Assembly: GCA_047495785.1 (NCBI GenBank)
Contig: JBLDXI010000002.1
Location: 1,984,001 to 2,048,000, forward strand
Direction: 5' to 3'
Length of the DNA: 64,000 bases
From: Lepidodermella squamata
Lineage: Eukaryota; Animalia; Gastrotricha
Of the stretch, positions 24,780 to 33,700 are shown piece by piece. The position numbers and the translations under genes are program-made. Positions within the stretch are counted from its first letter, which is position 1. Each line of letters opens with the position of its first letter. The notes under the pieces were generated by a model, which searched no databases, was not told the origin of the DNA, and worked only from the letters and a program-made list of their open reading frames with translations.

Positions 24780-27700
24780 TCAGCAGCAAACGTGTTGAAT
24801 GACCTCGTTCGTGCTCATTTTCGCTAGCTCAAGCTGATCGAAGCGAAAAACGAACTGCTGAGAGATTGCAGAAAAACGCGAGCACGAGTCGAAAATCGAC
24901 TGTTCCCTGCCGGGCTGCGTCGCCTTCGCCATCATGCCGCAATCCGGGGCGATTTGGCAGTAATCGACGCAATCACAACGCGACGCCAAATTCGTCGTAA
25001 CAGCGGCCGGGTTGCGAAGAACCGCGACAAACGCGAAATCATCCACCTTCTGCAACTTCGTGTTAACAGCCAGCCACATTTTGTTCTCATCGAACTGGCC
25101 TGACTTCTCCTGTTTTACAATTTTCTCAACAATGGCCGTCATCAGTTTGTCGCCGTCGAACATGGGCATTTTAGCAATGTTTCGGCGACTTATCACCTTC
25201 TCGTGCAGCCAGTCGTGGAAATTGTAGATACGATGCGGTACGATGTCCCTTCCTTTTCTGTCCTTCTTAGTCATGGTCATCTCGTTAACAGCCGCCCCAA
25301 CCTCGATAGCCCGGTCGATCAGCATTCGGCACCACTGCCGGCTTTCCTTGTCACCCGCCTTGAAATGCGCCGAGTAGTAGCCGCAGTTTCCCAACAAGTG
25401 GAAATAGCCCACCAGGATTTCGCGCATCAATTCGTCGGCGAAGGTGTGGACGCCTTGTTCGAGGTCAGCCGCTTGCAGCGTGTTGTGGCACTCGAAGGTA
25501 ACACGGCGTCGGTTGCTTACAATCGCAGCTTCTTCGTGTTGTTTCGCGAAAATCAACGACAATAGCAAATCGTAGTCGCCCATGGCGAGGAAAACTGCGA
25601 TTGTGTGGTGCTTATTTTGGTCGCGACGCCTGCCTTCCAGCGCATCTCCAAACTTTTCCAACAATTGGGGCGGAAGCTGAAAAATAAAATCCGAATTCAG
25701 GTATGGTTAAAATTGTTGGGAACACAGTTAACTTACCGTGCTGTCAGCCTCGCGGCAATGAAGACATCGGATGACGAATTTCGCCGGTATTCCCCCGCGA
25801 ATCTGACCGCGATTATTGACAAAGCCTTCAATATGCGTCGAATGGAAACACTTAGGCAACTTGGCGGCTCTGAACTTTAGCAAGTCCTTCTCGTATTCAG
25901 GCGCGCTGGTGGTGGTGCTGGTGGATGGCTGTCCCAGGGGATCCTGGATGCCCACTGCCAATGACAGCATATCCTGAGTGTTGACATCAGCGTTGTCTAG
26001 AATCGGAATTCCGTTGGAATCTTCGTCGAAATTCGGCGCTAGAATCGACGGATCTAGTCCGTCAAGGTCGGGCGGCGAATCAGTGTAGTCCTGTTACATG
26101 ACATGCTGTCATCAATGTCATCAGTGCCCATATTGCGGGCCGAAAATCCCCTGCGACTGTCACGTTTATTTTAAATTGTTTATTAAATAATTTATATTAA
26201 ATAATAATATTGTTAATCGGAATAATATAAAAATTATAACGACGTAGTTAATAGCAACGGGCAAGCTGTTTCTTTCGCGGGTTATCACCTCCATCTGTTG
26301 CAAGAGCAAGATGGTTCAACTCTCACGTCTCGTATTGCTGACATTGCATGTGCATTCTTTTACCATCTTTCCACTGTTTTAACCAATGATAGTCGCAATG
26401 ATACTTTCATTAAGAAGAATCTCATTTGTTTTAGCCTGTTAATAACATGTCTACTTGGGGCCATTCTTCGGCAGGCTTGCTGAAGCAGCTATCTACGCCT
26501 TCAACCTCAGCTACTGATGGTAGCAGCACACCTCGCATTGTTTCTGGTTAGGCTTTTTTCAGATTATTTTATAGTGGTATCAACTCAACTTACTGTGTTT
26601 CATGCTAGTTCTCAATGGTGCTTCGCCACAACCAAGATCGCCTATGCTAGCGGGTTCGCCCTTGCTTACTTCTGCTTTCGGTAATCGCTCTGGTATGACT
26701 TTTAAACTGAGTGCTTTGCTTCTTACTAGCATTTCTCACATGTGATTTATTACCAGTTCCTATTAAGAAAGCGATTCCTTCCGTTCATGCCACGCCAAAG
26801 GCTAGCTCTAGAAATTGTTAGCTTCTTATTAATTGCTTTTGATTCCATTGACTTACTTTATAATCTAGTGACCTCTGAAAACCGAGCACCTCCTGCCGTT
26901 GCTACCCCAGCGAAGGTGGCGGTGAAACGGCCACTAGAAGATGACGCTGCGAAAGCAATTCATAGTCTCAGTAAGTATTAGCATTTTTGGAAGTAATGTC
27001 TAATTGCAGCTGTTGTTTGATAGAAACTCAACTCACTGCTGAAAAGCGGAAGTATGAGATTGCTCGGGCGCAAGTGCTACGCCTTAAGAAATTTGCTCCG
27101 AATGGGCGGCATGTTGGCCATTTGACTGCCGAGAAAGCTCAACTTCCTTTGGCTCAGTTGTCTCGGCAGAAGAGGTCTCTGAGGCATCGGAGTGAATTGA
27201 TTCGACCAATTCAGTCGATCTTCGATGATGTACAAAGCCGCGGCGATTTCTATCCTGTGAAATCATTGTCTGTCCAGGTTTGACTAAAATTAAATCATTG
27301 CCAGATTGAAGAGAATTAATGTGTCTCATGTGTTCCTTCTAGGTCAATTTCGATGGTGGAATACCAGCGAGGAAGTTATGGTTTGGCGATGCCGATGCTA
27401 AAGCTAATACCCTGCGCGAGTAAGTTGCTGATATTTTTTAAATGCTATTATTATATTCTTTTCCCTGTCAACTTCAGTGTGATGCGCGATTATTCCTCTC
27501 GCTACCTCTCGGTTAAAGATGCCTTGCGCCAATGCAATACCTCCTGGTGCCAGATTACTCAGCGAGAGTTCTTGGCTGAAAAGAAGAAGCTTGGCTCTAT
27601 CCTGCCGATTAGCGTGGTGGTTCCGCCAGAAAGGGATGTAACCGATGAGGTCGAAGGTTTTAGCAATGCTGCGTTCATCCTGCCCAGCAAGCAGATGCCT

Positions 27701-30700
27701 TATCTCTTCCGAAACGGAATTGTTCCTCGACCTAACACCAACACAGTAGTCTGCCGAGTACAAGGTATTATTCATAATTTCAATAGTTGCCGACTTTTCA
27801 TTGGCTATATAATCTTTGATGAGCCCTTTAAGCTTTCTTAAATGTCTCTCATCTTGAATATGTCGGTTTTTCTAGGTGATGGTACCGTCTTTCGAACTGG
27901 GAAAGATCCTCATTATCGAATGAATTTCGCCTTTCATCATCAGAAGACGCGTGTTACTACAAAAACCGAATATCTGGCTGCTGTTTTGATGGGCAAGGAG
28001 ACTCGTCACAACTTGGAGCTCCTCTCGCCTGTCTTCGCTGATTTCAACGCCATAAAAGTGAACGGTGTTCTTCTTGATGATGGCACTAAGTTAACCGTTA
28101 AATTGTAAGCAAAAATTTTGGCTTTTATGGCAATATTTATCTGAGAATTTTGCGGACAGGTCTCTATGCGCCGACCTGCCTGCCATCTGCAAAATCGTTG
28201 GCACGAGCTATACCGATGCTCTAGCCTGTCCGTTCTGCACCTTCAATTTCGTTGATGATGCCAAGCCTCTGGATGTCCTCATCACAGAGCTGGACCGGAA
28301 ACCAAAGCGACCCTTGCCTGATTCGCTACTCGATGTCGACAGCGATGACATCTATCTATGCACGCTGCATGCTGCTCTGAGAATCGCGTTTCTTTTTTTA
28401 CGAGCCGTGAGTAGAAAATGAAGTCCTTTCAGCTTATTTACCTCACATTTACCTAATTTTTTAGTTATTCCTCTTCATGAAAAAAGAAATCGAAGATTAT
28501 GAATCGAAAATTGTCTGCCTTTTGCGATCGTTCGATAAAAAGGCTGAAATCGCGTTCGTGAAAGAGGACATCGCCGTGCACCACATGAATCACCACACTC
28601 TTTTCAAGGTGGTTTTCGACTCGGAGGAGTCTTGGTGTCCTCTTCAACTGTGCCGGGGAGGCTGGGAGGCTAAATATCTTCTTGCTTCGTTCGGCCGCGC
28701 CAAGAAGCCTCTCATCAATTTCTTAGTCTCGAAAAATGTTATATTCGACAAGAAGTCCAGCCCGGCGGACTTGGCTCAGCTCTGCGTCGATGCTGGCATG
28801 CTAAATTCGCTGGAACCTAGTTCCATGCAAACGAAGTTGGTGCAATTTGGCGAGGCAAAAGCTCTCTTCAAGCAGCTTTTCGCTGTCATTCGCTGTGGCG
28901 ACGGCTCCAAGCCAATCCCCGAGACACCCGCCGATTTCCATGACTTTGCCAACATTCTTCGACGACTAAGTGGATGCTATACTCCTTACCTCCACATCTT
29001 CCAGTTCCATTCGCACGATCGTCTGGCGAGGCTGAGGCAGGAGGGCACTTATCTGTCGGCTATATCGGGCGATAACGTCGAGCTCTCGAACAAGGTCGGC
29101 AAAAACCAGTTGTCGAACCAGGTATGCCGCGTCAACAACGACGAAAGTCAGCAGCTGATGAGGCTCTACAACATCCAGCTGGCTACTCTGGCGACTCGAG
29201 TCGAGGACGACGTAGCCGAAGGCAGGGCAGCGGTGATCTTCACTGCAGACGATTCTGTGGAACCGTTTGATTTCACCTGCGATGGTGATATGTGATATAT
29301 TTGTTTCTGTCATTGTTATATATTTAATATAGCCGTCTTAATATTTCATCTTTTTCCTGATTATTTTCTTTCATCTGCGATGGCGCTGTAATTGTTATTA
29401 TGATTCGCCAATTATATTGATATCAAATCTTGGGATATTATACGTGTGTTTCCACGACTGTATGATAATTATTTGTGGTCTTAACTAGTCCCACTAAACG
29501 ATGCTAATCGATGCTGGGCAATAAATTTATGTAAAGCCGCCTTAATGATTTGCTCTCTCTGAGGATACGTCTTGCAAATCACGTTAATTGTGCTTTCATA
29601 TAATATTTATACTGTATATTACTTCGCCGCTTTTCAAGAAAGATGGTCAATCATTCTGTCCCTAAATAAGTTAGCAATATTACTTTGATTTCTTTGATTT
29701 TATTTATGACATTCTCAGCCGCCAGCCGCCTTAATGATTTGGGGTCTAACCCGTCCTACCTATATGTCGATAATTTATGGCCGTATATAGGCACCTTGAT
29801 ATTTTTTAATAATTCCTATGCCCTTCTATGAGCTCGTCTTTGATAACCAATTCTTGTGCTCGAGCAGAAAATTGCGCGTTTTATTATGTTATAACCACCA
29901 TATTCTCGCATCGACTGGTTTCATTGATAAATGCTTTCCGATTTCCTACGAATTAGCATTTTAGCTCGGCTATCGTAAAGCAACCTCGTTTTTTGTGAAA
30001 TTATTCGACACGTTAAAATTGATATTAATAATTTTATGAGCTCTATATCATTGAATCCTCCGATCAAAACTCAGCTCTTTCTCAGCCTTTCTGTTAATAT
30101 AATTCCTGCCTAGAATCCAATTGCTGCTTTTGTTTGATGTTTCGAGGTCAAAATCATCAGGCACCGCTATTAACTACTTCCCAATTTATTCCAAAAAGGG
30201 AACAAATAAAAGCAGGCCAATCATGCGTTTTTATTTCGTATTTTACGAATATTAATCCGAAAGTACAATATTGCGATGAAGCAACGATTGCGATGAAGAG
30301 CATTATTAAACATGAAGCATCGAGAAAATCAGAAAATCAGAAAATCAAAAGTATCACTTCTTAAAAAGTCGCTTAGGTTTCGGCGCTGGTTGTATTTTGC
30401 CCATGTTCGAGCAAAACAGACGAAACAAAATACGGCGTTCCTGCTTGGCAGCACCGCTGTTGCGATTGTGATCGGGGTCAAGGCGGTATCGATTGCTCAT
30501 AAGCACGCGAGGCTCGAGATCGTAATAGGCCGCCACCTCCTCGTCGGTTGTAGGTGTTTTCGGGTGGATGCGATGATCGGGATGCTGAAATATAAAATAA
30601 CAGAGCCAATTAAAAAATTTAGAGTGAATTTAGAGTGAAATTACCTCTTCAACCTTTTTGCATGGCGACTTTTGGCGATCAGCTACAACGCGGGGCTGTC

Positions 30701-33700
30701 GCCGTTGCTTGGGGGTACTGGGAGGCGCCTTCAGTTTTCGCTCCATTATGTCAACTTTACGACGGGGACGCTTATTAGACACCGAAGACATAACGTCGAT
30801 ATAGATATGTAAATAAAATGAGGAGATTCTAAAATAAATAAAAAACAGATTTCAGACTCGAACTGAATTGAGACGAATAATAGCCTTGCAAATGGCCTGA
30901 GGCGAGTTTTCAATTATGGGTTTTTTCATAGAGAAAGATACATTATTAACAAGGCTGGTTCTAGTGTTTCTTTTCAGAGCGAAAAGCGAGACGACAATAT
31001 CGAAACGACGGAATATCTCTGCAAGATGTTCGGCCGAAATGCGAATGTAGCGCTTTTTCTCGCTACAAAATTCACAAATTTTAATCGTAATCGCGCATTA
31101 GTCACCGTTTACCCACCTTTTAAAAATTTCCTGCTGAGCCAACTTACCTGCGGGAAAAACGCAATGACGGGCTACGACCTTGAGCTGATTCAGCATTGGC
31201 TTAGCTGCATCGCGGTTGAGCTGGGTTTCGAGTGCTAAAACCACTTGATTGGCCAGGAATAGCATCTCTTTTCGGCGATCAAAAACAGCGAAAGGATCGA
31301 ACAGCTGGAGTTCAAGGACGCGAACGAGCCGCACTTGTTGCTGTTTCTTTAAGTAATCGTCGACGCGCCGAAATTCAGTCACGGCAGAGCCATAAATCAC
31401 AGGCTTCTTCAAAGTTGCGCGCTCCCGCAAACAATAGGCCATAATTAAGGTGGATAATCAACAACAACTAAGGATGAAAAAGATACTTATAAAAATATTT
31501 ATTAAGGCGTCTAATTAACGCAATAGATAAATCGGAACAGGAGTCGAAGCGAGCGCAACAACGAATTTATAAAAAAATTGGGCGCGCAACTTAGGTAATT
31601 TGGTTGATAAAATGAGCGCATTTAGCGAGCGGATAGGAAATATCAAGCGTTTTGGCGCATGGGCCTACAAATACGCGCAAGCGCAATTCAATTAAACGAG
31701 ATCTGAGGCGCGGAAAGCGAGAGAATTAATAATACTGCTTGGACCGCGCACGTATAGCAGTAACTCTTCGCGAAGCGATGTATTAATCTACAATCGAAAA
31801 ACGAGGGCAATGATTTCGACAATGAGTCGAAGCTGATTGGCGTATAATTTTAATATATTATTGCTACTACAAAACAGCCGGCGCCTAACAGGTGTAAATG
31901 GCGGCGATGATTCCGCTGCTATGATAGCGGTGATTATAGATCAAACACCTAGTCAACCTTTTGATTCGGCTAAATAACACCGCTGTTTGATAAGTAAACA
32001 GGCGCGTTACAATCCATCCCTAGCGCGCACGCAAACACAAGTAGATGCACGCACGAACACGAACAGGTGCGCTCGGGCCTCGAAACCAAAATTCGACCAC
32101 GGAAAACCACGGAAAGGTGTGAAAAAAGTAAGAACAATGCAGCTGGTTGACGCTGACAATAAGGCGTGAATTGAAATGAATAGAAGATGTGTGTGGCTAT
32201 ACAATAGCTATTCTACAGATCGCGCACAACAGCACTCGCTCACGCCGTAGCTGTTCCAGGTGTCAATCGATGATAAAATCATGTGTTGCTATTCTCGTCC
32301 CGAAATTGAATTGAAAAAAACGAAGTACACGTGAAAATAGGAAAATTATTCTTTCAATCGCAATTTTGAAAAAATGCCAAGAACGCCTGAGCAATTGCTT
32401 GAACACAAAATTAGAATGCGAGTGTATCGCGCTAACCGCTCTGCTGAGAAAATAGCCGCGGATCAAGAACGCGATAGACTGCGAAAAGCGGCATTAACTG
32501 CCGCTACTGTAGAATCTGCGGAAAAGCGAGCGGCGGCAACAAAGCGAGGTTTGTTATAAAAATTACGTGTTTCAAATTATATTTTCTTTTTATCATTTTC
32601 AGCATTGGGTGATCAACCCGTTGTGACGTATATCGACGAAGATGACATTATTGACTGGGAGCAGCGGCCGGCTGTAAATTATAGCACTTGGGACCCGTTA
32701 CCTCGATTTCAACTAGCTGGATGTACAATTTCTCTAAAACCTTGTGATAACGCTGTCAGGCCAAAAAACACTCGTGAAATGAATAAAATAAACAATAATT
32801 GAGATAGATTGGTGCTTTTTCCTTCTGGTTGTAGACGTGTAATATAGAACAAAAATCAAACGAAAATACCATCGTATATTTATTTTGCAGCTAGGGTGAA
32901 ACTGGCGAGTCTTGAACAATTTAACAAAATTACAACACATCCACATTTTTCGTGAGGGCAAGTTTCAACATTACTCGCATTTGAAATCAAAATCACACAT
33001 GAAGAGAGGCGCACATAATCAATTCAGAACCTTCAATATTGACAAGGATTTTTTCATTTTTCACAGCTAATAATAAGCCGAAGAACGCTTTCGAAACGTT
33101 TTTACGATCTAAATTATTCACGACGTCATTGAAGCTGAGATTATTCGAGGCAACAAGGGAAGATAATTGATTATAGAAAAAGCGATCGCTATCATCGTCA
33201 AGTCGTAATAAACTGTGAAAAATGTGCGAGCCAGCCGGAAACAAAGATTCATCATACGGTTGTACGCTAACAGACTCAATCTCAGTTTGTACCTCGGTGG
33301 CCTCAACAGCATCGGCCGTGGCTGAATTTTCACCATTATCGGGAAGACTCGGCATGAATGACGGTATAGATCTTTTCGCAACGGGAGCGAACCTTTGTAA
33401 AATTGAAGCAGCCGGTCGTTTCCGAGAATTTAGTTCGGAAATAGGTACAGTTGATGTCGGCGGTTCATGAGGCAAATCGATAGGAGCAGCTCCGACTTGA
33501 ATAACTGGAACTGGCACCAGAGTCGCAGGAATGTTGTCAGATACAACGCAGCCTGAAAAAATTAAGTAGGATTAAATAAGTCACTAAATAAATTAATTTA
33601 ATTTACCCTGAGGCCAGCTTTGATCAGTTGTGAGATAACTAACAGGCTGAGGAGCTGAACTGGGAGGTAACGGATTCCGAAAACCTGAATAACGAATAAT

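Noticed and set aside
26102-26160. TIR read as a V(D)J-type RSS, or element read as a ProtoRAG with RAG2
   Set aside because: The end is CATGCTG, not CACAGTG/CACTATG; there is no clear nonamer at a 12/23 spacing and no kelch/PHD gene. The convergent gene is kleisin-like.
29330-29740. Three GCCG(C/T)CTTAAT motifs downstream of the transposase
   Set aside because: Too short and irregular to assign a function.
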